From Sphyrna mokarran (lineage: Eukaryota), in contig JAGIQG010000013.1 in assembly GCA_024679065.1 (NCBI GenBank), positions 15,376,001 to 15,440,000 on the forward strand: a stretch of DNA of 64,000 nucleotides. Reading direction: 5' to 3'. Positions 1 to 14,700 of this stretch are shown here, in pieces (positions within the stretch are counted from its first letter, which is position 1; each line of letters opens with the position of its first letter). A program made the translations under genes and the position numbers. Under the pieces are notes generated by a model. The model did no database searches. It saw only the letters and a program-made list of their open reading frames with translations, and had not been told where the DNA came from.

Positions 1-1217
1 TTTAAATCTTTCCCCGCTCACCTTAAAACTATGTCCTCTTGTTTCCAATTCCCCTTCCCTGGGAAAAAGAGTATGGGGTGAATTCTCCTATTTCGCTCGC
101 CACGGGAATCGTAGCAAGCAAGGGGCAGACCATAAACAGATCCGTTCAGACAGCTGAAGGCAAGACCATTTGTGTGGTTGAAAGAGAGTGTGAAGATTTA
201 ATGAGGGTCACAAGATTGGGGGGAGGTTTAAAGACAGAGATTTCAAAACAAGGATGATAAGTTTAGATCTGAAGTTTTGGGAGAACCACCAAGGCCAATA
301 TAGGTATGATAGGTGAAGGAGACCTGGTATAGGACAGGATATGGGCAGCAGAACATGAGGAAGTGAAATGAATAGCGGGTAGAAGATAAGAAGCTAGACA
401 GGAGAGCACTGAAGTAGTCAAGTCTGGAAGTGGCAAAGGTACAAATGTGAGAGAATTTCTTTTATGTTAAAACGGTTCCTGGTAAAGGGTCAAGTGGATC
501 AGCCACCTGACTTAGCAAGTGCTCACAATTCACCGTATTAATTCAGACTATTCATTGGAAAAAGAATCCATCAGCACACTTAAACACCTTTAATAACATA
601 TAACGAATCGAACTAATCAAACTCATGCCCTATCATCGAACATCCATGGGTTTACATTTTAGCGAGTGTGTAAAAATTGTTTGTTGGCCACACAGTAGTT
701 TAGCAGAAAATACAGGTGCAACAATAAGGATAAAAGTAGACTGCCTGAGAATTTTTTTTTATTCATTCATAAGACATAGGTTTTACTGGCTGGGCCATCA
801 TTTATTGGCAGTTTCCCTTGAACTGAATGGTTTGCTAGGCCATTTCAGAGAACAGGTGAAAGTCAACCACATTGCTGTGGATTTGGAGTCACATGTAGAC
901 TAAACCAGGTGAGGACGGCAGATTCCCCTTCTAAAAGACCAGGTGGGTTTTTCTGACAATCGGCAATTGTTTCATGGTCATCAGTAGATTCTTAATTCCA
1001 AATTGTTTTATTTTATTGAATTCAAATTCCACCATCTGTCATGGTGGGATTCCCCAGAGCATTAGCAGAGTTTTTGGATTAATAGTCTATAGCAATAATA
1101 CCACTAGGCCATAGCCTCTCCCAGGTACTGACCACATAAATCTTTTAGCTGTGATAAATCTTCATCGCCACCATCTTGAGAGACAGGGTAATTTGACAGA
1201 GTGGATCATTTATCTTT

Positions 1218-1452
1218 AAGAGCAGGGGAGTTTCTCCCCGGTGTCTTGGCCAATATTTATCTCTCATTCAAAATCACAAAAACAGATTATCTGGCCACTA
1301 GCGCATTGCTACTTGTGGAACTTGCTGTGCACAAATTGGCAGCCACATTTCCTACACTGCCACACTTCAGAAGCACTTCATTGGTTGGAAGGCACTTTGT
1401 GCTTTGCCCTGAGGTTGTGAAAGGAACAATTATAAAATAAAGTTCTTCTTTA
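1218..1452 (+). mobile_element. DeuSINE (SacSINE1/AmnSINE1-like) fragment
   Basis: AGAGCAGGGGAGTTTCTCCCCGGTGTCTTGGCCAATATTTATC Deu-domain end plus tail. Other fragments at ~13890-14290, ~32340-32590 and ~42455-42690. Confidence 0.65.
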
Positions 1453-1856
1453 TAAATCTGTATTAAACAGAACAAAAAAGAGATGGATTCTAGAAAGGGA
1501 TGGCTTTCTGACCCTCGAGATTACAGCCCTGAAGGGGGCACTGAAGGAAGGTAATGTTGCAGAGGTTGGCAAGTAGGTTGGCATGGTGCTAAACATGATA
1601 TCTGGATCGTGCTTTAAAACTCCGCGGAAGGTTGACAGCCCCGGAGGTAGGGTTGTGTGGTTGGGGTGCCGGTGAGAAGGTGAGGAAAGAGATTGGCGAA
1701 TCATCAAGTAAAGCAGAATAAGATGACTTATATCCTCCCCACAATGTTCACATGGAGCAAGGTCTAGTTCAGCTGATACCACTGGACACTCTGGTAACAC
1801 AGAGGGGACTGTGGAATTGCAGGTGGGGGTGCGGGGGAGTGGCGTGTTTCGTCCCA

Positions 1857-1862
1857 TTTATT
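1857..1862 (-). promoter_or_regulatory. Candidate polyadenylation signal AATAAA for the IGSF5-like gene
   Basis: First minus-strand AATAAA that I found after the stop codon, about 375 nt downstream. No transcript evidence. Confidence 0.3.
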
Positions 1863-2235
1863 GACACGGAGGTTCAAGGGCAATTTAAATAAATAACACT
1901 CCAAAGAACACAAAGTAATATGAAACAGCTTTCCCTTCATTTGGAACAAAATACCCGTGGGATAGAATAGAAATCCCCAACCTTGTGTTTAATTTCATTT
2001 GTATCAAATTGCCTCAGTCCACCCAGCTTTGATCAATTGCATGCAGCCTGCAACTCAAACCCCTTCCTACAATCAATCTTTTTCCCATTAAGGAATGACT
2101 CTTGCTGTCAGAGACTCTTCAAACGCAGCAGGTTTGCCAGGAGTTATGATTTCTAATGCAAGGAAACCAGAGTACAGAAACTAGATGGAGCCATAAAATA
2201 TACAAAGTCCTCCAGGGCACACGCAGTCCATCTGG

Positions 2236-2346
2236 TCAAACTGCAGTCACGTGTCTGGTTTTCCGTGGATAAGTTGGCATGTTCACCACGTATTGATTGA
2301 TCACTACGTTCTGGCTTCCATGGTTGCTGGCTGGAACCGTTGGCGT
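2236..2346 (-). CDS. IGSF5: IGSF5-like last coding exon (...YPRKTRHVTAV*), class I PDZ-binding motif
   Basis: Acceptor tcttttctctgctttgaacAG, phase 0. Ends T-A-V-stop, like the C-terminal T-x-V motif of IGSF5/JAM4. Confidence 0.82.
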   Translation of the reverse strand, partial: TPTVPASNHGSQNVVINQYVVNMPTYPRKTRHVTAV

Positions 2347-2679
2347 CTGTTCAAAGCAGAGAAAAGACATGGGTAAATCCAAGCCAGAGCTCACACAGAC
2401 TGATCAACATTTACAGGTTAATTTTCTCAAGTACAAACCCACTTGTCCCAGAGAAGGAGCACTGAATTGATACTAGGGTGATAGGGCTGCCTGCTGGGGC
2501 AGCACAATGGTTCAGTGGTTAGTATTGCAGCCTGGCTGCACCAGGCACCCAGGTTCAATACCAAGCTTGGGTCACTGTCTGTGCGGAGTCTGCATACTCT
2601 CCCCATGTCTGTGTGAGTTTCCTCTGAGTGCTCCAATTTTCTTCCACAATCCAAAAGATGTGCTGGTTACGTGCACTGA

Positions 2680-2960
2680 CCACAACCTCCACCTACGAGG
2701 CTGATTTAAGAGTCCTGTGGACCCGGACCCCAAGATTCTTCTGCTCCTCAACACTGCTAAGAGTCCTACACTTGATATTGTATCCCTTCATCCCATTGGA
2801 CTTGCCAAAATGAACTACTACACATTTATCCACATTGAAGTCCATCTGCCACTTCTTCGCCCAGTCTTGCATCCCATCTATATCTCTTCTGACATCCCTC
2901 CAGACTATCCACAACACCACCAACCTTCGTGTTGTTGGCAAACTTGCTAACCCATTGAGG
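2680..2960 (-). mobile_element. CR1 LINE internal fragment
   Basis: DWAKKWQMDFNVDKCVVVHFG...EQKNLGV; same subfamily as the 52461 copy. Confidence 0.85.
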
Positions 2961-3213
2961 TACATAGAATACTCGGCATTGATAAAGCAAATGTGAACCA
3001 AATGTTCCCCTTCTAGAAGAGTCTAAGGGAGGGGGTCATAGACTGGTCCTCAGTCAGCCCCTGCTGTGGTCTTCTAACACAGGCTTTCCCTTGAATTTGC
3101 CAGGCTGGAAATGGAGAGAAAGGTTAATGAGATACTGTTATCAAATTTGGCACGACTGCTTCCTGGTATTTCAGTTTGCCCACTCGTAGGCATATGTCCT
3201 GCTCCCTTCTACA

Positions 3214-3237
3214 CCCCCCCCCCCCCCCCCCACCCAC

Positions 3238-3287
<50 letters not shown>
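3214..3287. repeat. Poly-C run followed by a (CA)n microsatellite
   Basis: Directly visible. Confidence 0.95.
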
Positions 3288-3289
<2 letters not shown>

Positions 3290-6200
3290 TGTCAGGGTCA
3301 TCTGCGCAGTAGTTTAACAGCCCAAAGGCCAACATGAAAAATGCAAGAACCATTATTGACTAGTCCATATTGCAGCAAGAGCTACATTTAAGGTAATTAG
3401 TAAAACACCCAAGGGTGCCATTAGGACAATATATTACACTTTATGATCAGGAATGCACTGCCCAAAAGAATAGTGGAAATGAGCTGAACTGCTGCAGTCT
3501 GTGTGATGTAGGTACACCTACTGTGCTATTAGGAGGGAGTTCCAGAGTTTTGACTCAGCAATAGTGAAGGAACGGCTGAAGTATTTCCAAGAAAGGGATG
3601 GCGTGTGACTTGGAGGGTAACCTGCAGTTGGTGATGTTCCAATGTATCTGCTGCTCTTGTGCAGTGAGAAGTTTGGAAGACACTGCCAAAGGAGCCATGG
3701 TGACTAATGAATCTTGGGTGGCAGCTACTGTGCGCTATTGTTGAAGGGGTGGAACGTTTAAGGTGGTGGATGGATGTCAAGCAAGCAGTTTGCCTTAACC
3801 TGGATTGTGTTGAATATTGCATCACACTCGTGTCTTGTGCCTTGTAGATGTTGGGCAGCCTTTGGGAAGTCAGGAGGTGAGTTAATCACAGCAGAATCCC
3901 AGCTCTGGCCTGCTTTTGCAGCAAAGTTATTTATATGGCTGGTCTAGTTCAGTTTCTGCACCAGTTGTGATTCTTCAGGCTGCCTGTTAGTTTAAATGAT
4001 AGCAGTGCGCAGCTCAGTGTTAATGGCACTGCTGCATATCTCAATATGAGCCCCAGGTTCTTGCAAGGCTAGCACATTAAGTTCAAAGATGTGTGGGTTA
4101 GGTGGATTTGCTATGCTAAATTGCCCCTTAGTGTCAAGGGGACTAGACAGGGTAAGCTGCATCCAACCTTGGTTCGATGATACTGAATACTGCCAGAAGT
4201 TCTGGGCACCACATTATTTAAATGATATAGAAGCACTGGTGAGGGTGCAGAAAGGATTTACAATAGCAGTAGCAGGAATGCCTGTTACGCATATCATGAA
4301 AGTTGGGTTCCTGCTCTTTTGAAGCACAAATATTGATTGGTGACCTATTGGAGGTATTTGAAATTATAAAAGGTTTTTAACAGAGTGCATATAGAGTGAA
4401 TGCTTCAGTCATGAGGAAGAGCATAACTAGAAACCTTCCAGAAAAAACTTCTTTACTCAAAGGGTGTAGAGAGCGTGGAACTCGATAACACATTGAGTAG
4501 TTGAAGTGAAGAGCATAAATGCAAGAGGAAACTGGACAAGCAGATGAAGGAGAAGAGGTAAATGATTACAAAGAAAAATTTAGATGAGAGAAGGTGTTAA
4601 GGAGGTTCGATTTGCAGCATGCCAGCATGAAAATTCATCACATGCATTCCTCTCCCTGTTGAGTGTGCATTTTAATAGCAATATAAAACTCACAATCTTT
4701 CTACAAGCTCGGGCAGATCAGGAGAAATGAAGAAGCATTAGGTGAAAGTAGCTACTGATCCCTTTAAATAGCTCTGGTGATGTACTGGATAAAAGCTTTG
4801 ACAAACAGTCATCTGGACGCAAAATGTCAACTCTTTTCTCTCCTTACAGATGCTGCCAGACCTCCTGAGATTTTCCTGCATTTTCTCTTTTGGTTTCTGG
4901 TTGTGGACTATCCTTCCTGTATGCATATTCAACCTTGCCAGGTTAAGAGAGAACATTGACTAGAGTAGCAAAGGTGAAAATGGCAGTTTCCTGTCAAATT
5001 AAAATAATACAAACTGACCATACAGCCAGCTAACTCTACACTTCCAGCGCGTATCGAAATAAGTGCAATAAGGCTTTTGTCTCAACTATCCTGAGATAAC
5101 ATTCCTCCTCAATTCCCAGATCATTCCAACAATTACTTTAAGCCTTTTTATTGATTATTAACCTCTCTGTGGGGAAATTGGTCTTTCCTATCCAATCTAC
5201 CTAGACGCCTCATAATTTTAAACACCTTAATTAAACTTGCAACATTCTCTGTTTCAAGATAAACAGCGCCAGTCTTTAAGCATAGAAATATTTTCAAGCC
5301 CCAGCAACATCTTTGCAAATCTCCACTGTATTGTCTCACATCTCCCTGTAATTTTCTTTATTCATTTAGACATTTTATAAATTTATTACTGTCACAAGTA
5401 GGCTTACATTGATACTGCCATTGTTACTGTGAAAATTCCTTAGTCGCCACACTCCAGCTTGGGTTACACTGAGATAGGATTTGGCATGGTCAATTCAAAT
5501 GCCACCATCTGCCGTGGCGGGATTCGAACTCGGATCTCCAGAGCATTAGCTGCATTTCTGGATTAATAGTCTCAATGATAATCCCAATAGGTCTCCCCTA
5601 ATCATTCATATACTGCAACCATCTCTGCTTCTTTTGAAATTGGCTCTAAGCTATATCTGGACAGAAACATTGGACAGAATTGAACTCACAAACACTGCAA
5701 ACAATAATCTGATATACAAGTGAGAGTATATCTTTGACTTAGAGTGGCATATTCCATTGGTGCCTGAACCCTGGTTTCTCTCCCAAGTTTAAAAATGGTG
5801 AAACCTTCCAGTAAATTAGCACCAGCCCATTCACTGCATATCACAATTCTTACGTGGGCTTTAACAGAAAAATCACACATCACATTGAGTGATGGATATT
5901 TTCTTATTTTAAAACGAAACTAACCACACTTCCAAGTGCCCAGCATGAAGTATTTAAGAGGAGAGTCAAATATGGCAAATAGCGCAAAACTAAACTACAA
6001 GAAGAAAATGCTGAAAATAGCAGGCCTAGCAGTATCTGTAGAGAGAGAAACAGTCAATGCTTCCAGTCCACACTCTGCACTTGTTCTGAGGCCAGGTCAC
6101 TGACCTCTGCTCCTCCATGCATGGATGGTGCCAGGCAAATGCAGACTTTCCAGCACCTACTGTTTCTATTGGAGTAAACAATTCTCAACAAAAAACCCAG

Positions 6201-6595
6201 CAACAGCTGCCTGAGGTCTAGATTGGCACAATATTAAACATGCATTAAAAAAAATAATAATTAAGGTATTAATAAATCATAAACAACATGAAGGGCCAAA
6301 AAAATGACAAAGTAACAAATTGACTTTTTTTTATGACTAATTAATAAAAATGACCATTAAAAAGTGTCAAGCAGCAAAGCCAGCTAATAAATCCTTTTTT
6401 GTTTGCCTTTTCACCCAGGGAGGAGAGCTGGAGGGAGACAGATTAGACCCAAGTCATGGCTACCAGGAATGCAGGGGAGGACTGGGGGTTTAGCTAACAC
6501 AAATCTCATGTTTGCTTCTGGTGACACAGGCTCCGAATTAGTCTCAGCTTAGCCTGAATCTACTTCCTCTCCCCAACTCAATTGCAAAAAGTTTG

Positions 6596-6900
6596 AAGTT
6601 TATTTATCAGCATCACAAGCAGGCTTACATTCACACTGCAATGAAATTACTGTGAAAATCCCCTAGTCGCCACACTCCAGCACCTGTTCGGGTACACTGA
6701 GGGAGAATGTTAGATGGCCAATGCACCTAACCAGCACATCTTTTGGACTGTGGGAGGAAACCGGTACATTCGGAGGAAACTCACATAGACACAGGGAAAA
6801 CGTGCAGACTCCACACAAACAGTGACCCAAGGCTGGAATTGAACCTAGGTCCTTGGTGCTGTGAGGCAGCAGTGCCAACCACTGTGTTACCATGCTACCC
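6596..6900 (-). mobile_element. HE1-type V-SINE with the alternative (non-CR1) tail
   Basis: tRNA-like head GGTAACACAGTGGTTGGCACTGCTGCCTCACAGC, V-domain body, tail GTGGCGACTAGGGGATTTTCACAGT...AATAAACTT. The same type occurs at ~17170-17420, ~18980-19258, ~20370-20655, ~24365-24670, ~54395-54696, ~60240-60485 and ~63600-63897. Confidence 0.85.
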
Positions 6901-8599
6901 TAGCTGGGGCCATTTCCAGGATCTAACTCTGTTTGAGACACTGTGGCCAAAACTTTACTGTCTTTTCTGCCATGGGAATCGGACTGGGTGAGGGGCAGAC
7001 AATGGGAAGGTCCATTGGCTTTAACAAAGAACAAAGAACAAAGAACAAAACAGCACGGGAACAGGCCCTTCGGCCCAACGAGCCTGCACCACCACCCCGA
7101 TGTTCCCACCTCTACCCGCCATCCCTGTCCATGTTTGTAGATCTATGGATTAAAAACCAAATTTGAGACAATTTAGGGAGAATTTGTTTTGCCAATTAGC
7201 CTAAGAGCACATCTTTGGGATGTGGGAGGAAACTGGAGCTCCCGGAGAAAACCCACGCAAGCAAGGGGAGAATGCGCAAACTCCCACAGACACAGGCCCA
7301 AATCCATGTATCTGCACAGCACAGTGATAGTCACTGAGCTGTCATGTTGCCCATCAAATGGTCCAGGTCAAGCGTACAACTAACAATGTGAAGCACTAGG
7401 ATACTCTCAAAAAAAATCCAAGGGCAGCCATCTCATGACCCATCACGTGTATGCCCCTTGTTAGACAACAAGGTGGACCAAAGTACCTCTAGGATAAAAA
7501 CAAGTGGGATTTTATGGTTTTGGGATGAGTGAGGCTATATAATTCTGCCTTGTGGCTCAGAAATTAATCTACCCTATAGAACAATATCAAGCAACATGCT
7601 TGGAGAAGAATGTGGCTCATCTCCTGACCGTCTCTTGTAGTTTGTGCAAGAACTTGCTTCAGATTTTTTTTCTCTTTAGTCTCAAAACATTTCCATTCCT
7701 ATTTTTATGTGTAGTACTTTGATAATATGAGTTACACACACGCTGATGACATCAGTACTCGGGGCGGGGAGGGGGGCGGTATAGTTTCCAATCTGGAGCA
7801 GGCAGGAGCAGAAATTCCTCCAAGAACAATGGATCTTTCAATGACACTTCAAATTGTCCATCCTCCCGGTGATGGTTCCCACAGCAGCCGGGACTGGAAA
7901 ATTTATCCCGTGCAATATAATTCAATTTTAAAATCAATTTTAATTATCAAGCTAAATCTTTGTAAATATTTTTAAAAATTCTTTCCTTTCAATTTCTTCC
8001 CATAATTGGAGCCAGATTAATCTATACTTTTTTGGGGGGAAAATGAAGCTAATTTTTCTCCCTTTTAGCAAATTCAAACTCATCAATTGTTTTCAGTTCT
8101 GTACTTCCAACAAATTGGGCTAAAAGAGGATTTTTGTTGTTTTCTTGCAGGAGACGGGATGGTGCTAATCACAACCTTTCTGCATCCACGCAGATTGAAG
8201 TGGAAGAGACCCTGCGATCTTTATCTATGCACTTCATCTGCCTCGTTGGCTCAAGGCAGTTGCAATGCTGCATCCTCTTCATCAGAGCCTCTAAGTGTAG
8301 ACTTTGAACACAGTAGGGGGGAAATGTGGCCAATGCCCAGGAGGAGAAGGCTCACTTGCACAGGGTAGGTCTCCCTAGAAAGAGCCAGTTAGGATGCTCC
8401 TCCCTGGAGCTCCGTTGGATTAAACTTCAGTGTGATTTGTGGGTTAGGCTGTATGCCACCTAATCAGCTTGGATCATGTAGATCAAGCCCAACACAGGAG
8501 GTGAGAGCCCTGTTTTGTCAGCTTGGATCGGGAATGTCCCAAATTGTTGGGACTCTGAATTGGATCTGATTTGATTGGATTGAATTGGAGTAAAGTATA

Positions 8600-8797
8600 A
8601 AAGAAAGTGTTAGCATTGGTGGATATGTAGTATATATTGTATCTGTGTATATGTGTTATAGTTGGATGTGTCAATGCATATGAATGTGTGATATATGTGC
8701 ATGCACTAGTATATATTTTTATGTGATATATGTGTATGTATCTGTATATGTATGTGCGATATATGGGTGCATGTAGGTATATGTGTGGCATATAGGT

Positions 8798-8878
<81 letters not shown>

Positions 8879-8930
8879 TATACGTGCATGCATCAATGTG
8901 TGGTGTATGTGTTTGTGGCCTGTGTTTGTG
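8600..8930. repeat. TA/TG low-complexity tract with a perfect (GT)n at ~8799-8877
   Basis: Directly visible. Confidence 0.95.
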
Positions 8931-11259
8931 TGGAAATGGTAAGTGGCTGGAAGGTTTTAGTTTGGCTGTGAGATATTATTCACAGATGAAATAATCTGCT
9001 CACATGAGGAATTTGTGCATGGGTCGGGTAATGGAGAGGGAGCGGACGCTTATTGAATTGTAACCCAGCAGTAATCAGCATTTTCAGGAGAGAGTTTCTT
9101 ATAAAATATTTACGTATGAATGACACAACATTATTTACTCCCACAATACTGCACCATTTAAAGAAGAACGTCAGACTGAGCTGCAACATGATGGAAGAGA
9201 TTTCAGAAGCTGGCATACCCCTGCCTCCCCACCCACCCAAGCAGCACTTTAATGGCGCGACAATCAGCGGAGTCCACAGGGAATGGGAATTCCACCCGGC
9301 AATGGAGAGGGAAAATCTACTTCTTGGCATTAGCGGCAGGGTGGGAATTTCTGCCTACTTAGCACACGGATCAGGCTGGGAATGAAATACCTCCCTGAGA
9401 TGCAGACCGAGGCACTCAGACCTCTGGACAGAACCCAGGCGACAGCATTAAATGCGGGCTGTTCTGATGTGAGCTGTAAATGATCTTACAAGGGGCTGCA
9501 GTAAGGATAATGTTATCCAACAGTAGATTCAAGGTCACTGAGAAACTGACTTCCAGGTTCCATTTCACTTGTGGCTGTTAATAAGCAATCAAAACCCAGA
9601 GTATGTCATTACATTGTCTAGCTCAGAACTCAGTCCAGTCTCCCGACACAATTCTTTCCAAGGTAGCTTTCATACCTGATCACATTCTAGTGATCCCCAT
9701 CCCACCCCTCCACCCAGCCCATGCACCCGCAGCTTGGAAATGTGCATACCTGAGCATTGGGAGGACAGGAGAAGCTTGGCTGGGCTAGTTGTGTATGCAG
9801 TCAAACATTCATAGAATCTCTACAGTGCAATTTGGCCCAGACGAAACCCACGCTGACACAGGGAGAATGTGTAAACTCCACACAGTCACCTGAAGCTGGA
9901 ATTGAACCCTTGTCCCTGGTGCTGTGAGACAGGAGTTCTGACCACTGTGTTGCCTTGCCGTCCTCTCAGCACCCATAGTCTGAGCTCACTCCTGAGAGGA
10001 CGGCAAGGCGACACAGTGGTCAGCACTCCTGTCTCACAGCGCCAGGCATTGAAGAGAGAGCCATTGACTTGGAATCATACATGAACATGAATCGATGCTT
10101 TCAGGGAACAAAAGATAGACTATTGCAGCACTGATAGGATCCATTCAGCCCATTGTGGCAGTGCTAGCCCATTGAATAAACTATGAGATTAGTTGGACTC
10201 GCCTTTCTTCTCTGTTTTTAATTCTCAAATTGAGTGTTTTTAAGCACCCCCACCCTCCATCAATAGATACTGTTGACAGACATATCCCAGGAAAAATCCA
10301 AACTGCATCATCACTATGGAAACAGTTTGCAACAGAACACTGTATTATCCAAGGTGCCAGAGTTCTTACGAGAATAGATAGAGAAGAGGGTTTGGCACAA
10401 AAACTGGGAGAAGCCCTGTGTGACTCTCCAATATCAATGTCACGCCAAACGTGTAAAGAAGCCAAGGAGCTGCCTGAAGCTCATTACTTAAAAGTTTCTT
10501 TCACATTTGCATATGTGCTTGTTTCTGCTGCAATCATTATGCATCAAGTAATATCCATTTAATTGCATGCATTTATCAAATAGCTTTTTGGATTGCTACT
10601 TTGAATTTTGAATTACTTATCAATTATTTACACATATTGTTGTTAATTTGCAGAGGAAGGTGGGTGGTGGGGGGAGGGGGGGCAGGAGGAAATTCTCTCC
10701 CCAAGCCTCCATCTACCGCCATTGCCTCAATGTCCAACCAAGATTTCCCTCTCCCCTGCCACCCTTGTCAAGATATGCGTGTGATCATCATTCCGTGCCC
10801 ACGGAACATAAATAGCAGTGGAATTAGGAGACTGGAGTCCCAACAGACTTTCTTGCTTTCTGCCCATTTAGGGTGATGCCCCCCCCACACCTTCCCATCC
10901 CCAGGACGATCATATTGAGCTAATGTTAGGCCCTGAAAAGTGGCGATATATCCCCATTAGAAGGAGCCCCATCATGACCTTCTCTTTCAGTGTTCAGCTC
11001 CAACTTGGTCTGATTTGCCCCTCCTTGATCCTTTGCCAGCCCATCTTGCCAACTTTCATTTTATGTTTTCAGGCATACAAATATTGTAACAATTCATTAA
11101 AGTTCAGCCTCTGTGAGTATTAATCCCTTGCCAACTTTCATTTGACATATTCCTTCAGATTCGATCTTGTCATCCTTCTCACATATGATGTTCCGTCACA
11201 TGACATTTGATCACAAGGCATTTACCTACTGTTTGCACATCATGACATTAGTTGAATTG

Positions 11260-11770
11260 GGCAGGCAGTGGCGCAGTGATATTGTTACTGGACTACCAAA
11301 CCATAGAGCCTGGGTAACGCTCTGGAGAGCCGAATTCAAATACCACCATGGCAGATATTGAAATTTGAATTCAATAAAAATCTGGAATTAAAAGTCTAAT
11401 GATGGCCATTGTGGAGAGTGTTTAAAAAAAATCTGTCTGGTTCACTAATGTCCTTCAAGGTAGGAAATCAGCCATCATTACCTGTTCTGGCCTACACGTA
11501 ACTCTAACCCACATGAATATGGTTGACTCTTAACTGTCCTCTGAAATGGCCTTGCAAGCCATTTGCTGGCATTCTATTGCACAAACCTGCCGTGGAATCG
11601 GAGCGGGCAAGGGACGGACAATGGGAAGATTTGTTGACCTTGGGCAGGATTTTACGGTCTCGGGTCAAGCAAGGCTGTAAAATCCCACCATTCGGTTCAA
11701 AGGCAATTAAGGATGGGCAATAAATGATGGACCAGCCAGTGACACCCACATCCCCTGAAAGAATGATAAC
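11260..11770 (+). mobile_element. Second tRNA-derived SINE family (with a nested GC-rich element at ~11568-11690)
   Basis: Head GGCAGTGGCGCAGTG..., body GAATTCAATAAAAATCTGGAATT...GGTTCACTAATGTCC, LINE-shared tail. Other copies at ~760-1120 (-), ~15245-15865, ~19860-20245, ~39785-40130, ~45537-45895, ~48950-49255 and ~51185-51575 (-). Confidence 0.8.
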
Positions 11771-14700
11771 AAAAAAGAATGTGAATATCTACAAGCCCTG
11801 AATAAAATGTTAGCTTTTTTTTAATATCAAAGGATTAATAATTTATAAAACAGAGAAAGAGCAGCAAGACTTAAGGATAAGTAATGTTGAAATAAAAATA
11901 TTTCTGTAATATTTATTCAGCATCGATGTCTGAAGGAACATGAAATAAATACCTCTGTTCAACAAAACCATCAATGCCACTAACTTCCAAACGAAAGTTT
12001 TCATACAGTTTGATGACTTTTTATAACACACAGTAACTTACAAGAACAATAAAATGAAAATCAAACCTAATTAATCACTGACTCCCACACGCCATCACTG
12101 CAACCCAGCATCAGGGCAGTTAGACTCAGCCCTCAGAGAGAAGATCAAAGCTGCTAGATTCCCATTAAGCACATTATACAAGACAGCACATCAGAGACGC
12201 ACAGTGGCTCTCCCTCCCTCTTTCTAGACAGCATTTCTTTCACCCTCCCCAAACGTGTGGATGTTTTTCTTTCATTTTATCTTCCCCAGTTTCTCTTCCC
12301 CTCTCACACTCTCCCTGCCCCAGTTTGCATCTGTGTCTTTCCTTCTCATTCTCTTCTTTCCCTCACCAGGGGAATCCCTACTCTCACCTCTCCACAGAGA
12401 TGCCCAACACCTCCCCCCCCACCCCCCCACTCTTCTCTCTTTCCATCCTTCCCCAACAATTGGGAAGTTCTTACTTCTCATTTAGTATCTTTAATGGGCA
12501 CTAGTAACAATACAGGGAAGGGACAGATACTCATGGTGGCGCAGTAGTTAGCACTGCTGCCTCACAGCGCCAGGGACTAGGTTCGGTTCCTGCTTTGGGA
12601 ACTTAAACTCAAGTATGATCCCGCTGAAACATGAAAAGCGAATTACCGCAGAGACCAGTTCTGTTGCTGTTTTGATTGTAAATGAGCAAGTCTGTACCCA
12701 CAGAAAGGAACATAAAAACGAGAGTGCGCACCGTGCGTATTTGGAATTAAAGCATGAAGGCCAGAAATATCCCTAATTCACATTTGGTTCACATTTTATC
12801 TGGTACAGTGGTTAGCACTGCTGGCTCACAGCATGAGAGATTCGAGTTTGATTCCCAGCTTGGGTCACTGTCTGTGTGGAGTCCTCACATTCTCCCCGTC
12901 TCCGCATGGGTTTCCTCCAAAGATGTGCGGGTTAGGCGGATTGGCAATGCTAAATTGCCCCTTAGTGTAAGGGGGACTAACTAGGATATATACATGGGAT
13001 TATGGGGATAGGGCCGGGTGAGATTGTGGTTGATGCAGACTCGATGAGTTGAATGGCCTCCTTCTGCACTATATGATTCTATGATTCCTGCTCTATGCTG
13101 AGGGAGTTGTTCTGAATATAGCTATCTATAGTATAAGCCTCCACTCCTATACAGAGCTGGAGTAGAGAAACAATGAGCAGTATTCCCACTCCACTCCGTA
13201 TTCCAATTGGCCCTCTCCTGGACCGTGTTTCCTTGCTTGGAAAGAAGTGGGCTTAGTCTCAATAGTTGTCCTTCCCACAGGTACTCTGGTCTCATTTCTC
13301 CATCTGGTCAAATGCCCAAACAGGAAAATGGCCAAACATGGTTTGCAACTGAGGAAGAGTATGCTGGTCTCCGTTTCTGAGCTTATCAGTTGAATAACAG
13401 GGGGATAGTTATCCACAGCTAGAACACCAGTCATTGGCAGCTTATTGTTTGTACATTCATGTTCTAACACCTTAGATTTGAGCTATGTATTGGGCAAGAA
13501 AACCAGGTTACGCTGCCACTGTTCACATACACACACGTGTTATCGGCCAGTTGGGGGAGAATTGGCAAACAACCAAACATGGTGTCACAGTGATCTCAGG
13601 AGAGGAAGGGAGAAACACAACAGATAATATTTCAAATGGTGTGATGCCTGCAATCACTTCTGAATTGGTTTCTGAGCAGTTGCAGCAGCATTGATATCAC
13701 AAGCCGCAATCTTTTCCTGGATATTTTAGGCAGTTTTGATTCTGTACTTAGAACGTTGTGTTTGACATGTGAAACCTTGCAATCTGGACAAATGCAAAAT
13801 CTATCATACAAAGATGTTCCCCAGGGCTCCCTGATAGTACCCTCCTTTCCACCTCTGTCATTTCACAGATTTCCAGCCCAATGCACCATCAGGTCTGAGG
13901 AAGTGCTGCACTGTTGGAGTTCTTTTGGATAAGAAGTTAAATCATTCCCTGTCTGCCCTCTGAGGTAGATATAAAGGATCCCAGAACATTACTCAAAGAA
14001 TGGAGGAGTCAAGGGTGGGACGAGGGGTGTTCTCGCTAATGTCCAATCCTTCAGAAACAGATTATCAATCATCATTACATTGCTGATTCTGGGAACTTGC
14101 TGTAATAAATTAGCTGACATGATTGTGACATTTTTTTAACTTGGGTGTGAGCATTGCTGGCAAAGCCAGCATTTGTTGCCCATTCCTTATGGTTTTTGAG
14201 GTGGTAACTGCACTTCAGCAGTGTGTCATTAGCTGTAAAACATTTGAGACATACTGTGGTCAAGAAGAAAGCTTTATAAATGCAAGTCATCTCTCTATTC
14301 CCACTAAACTGCTCATCATCTAACTTCCCTTCCAACATGCAATGTTTTCTGATCATTTCAACAATTCTCTCTTCTTAGCTACTGGTCCCCCCCCTACTCT
14401 GAACACCAAATTAGCTGCCATCAACTCCTCCTCAAAAAATCACAACCTTTAACTCTTCCATATTTGCAAGCTACTGCCACATCTTTAACTTGCATCCCTT
14501 TCCAAAGTACTCGAACATCCAAAGATCCTTAGACAGCACCTACCAAACCCAGACCACTTTCATCTAGAAGGACAAGGGCAGCAGATAGGTGGGAACATCA
14601 CCACCTGGAAGTTAACCTCCAAGCCACTCACCATCCTAATTTGGAAACATATCGCCGTTTCTTGGCAGGTGCTTGGTCAAAATCCTGGAATTTCCTCCCT

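Noticed and set aside
8483-8994. His/Thr- and Cys/Val-rich ORFs
   Set aside because: Translations of a (GT)n microsatellite.
13100-13700. Non-repetitive stretch in the 18-kb last intron as an extra exon
   Set aside because: No convincing phase 0-0 exon. The best acceptor-like site ends in GAG and leads to a stop with no IGSF5 similarity.
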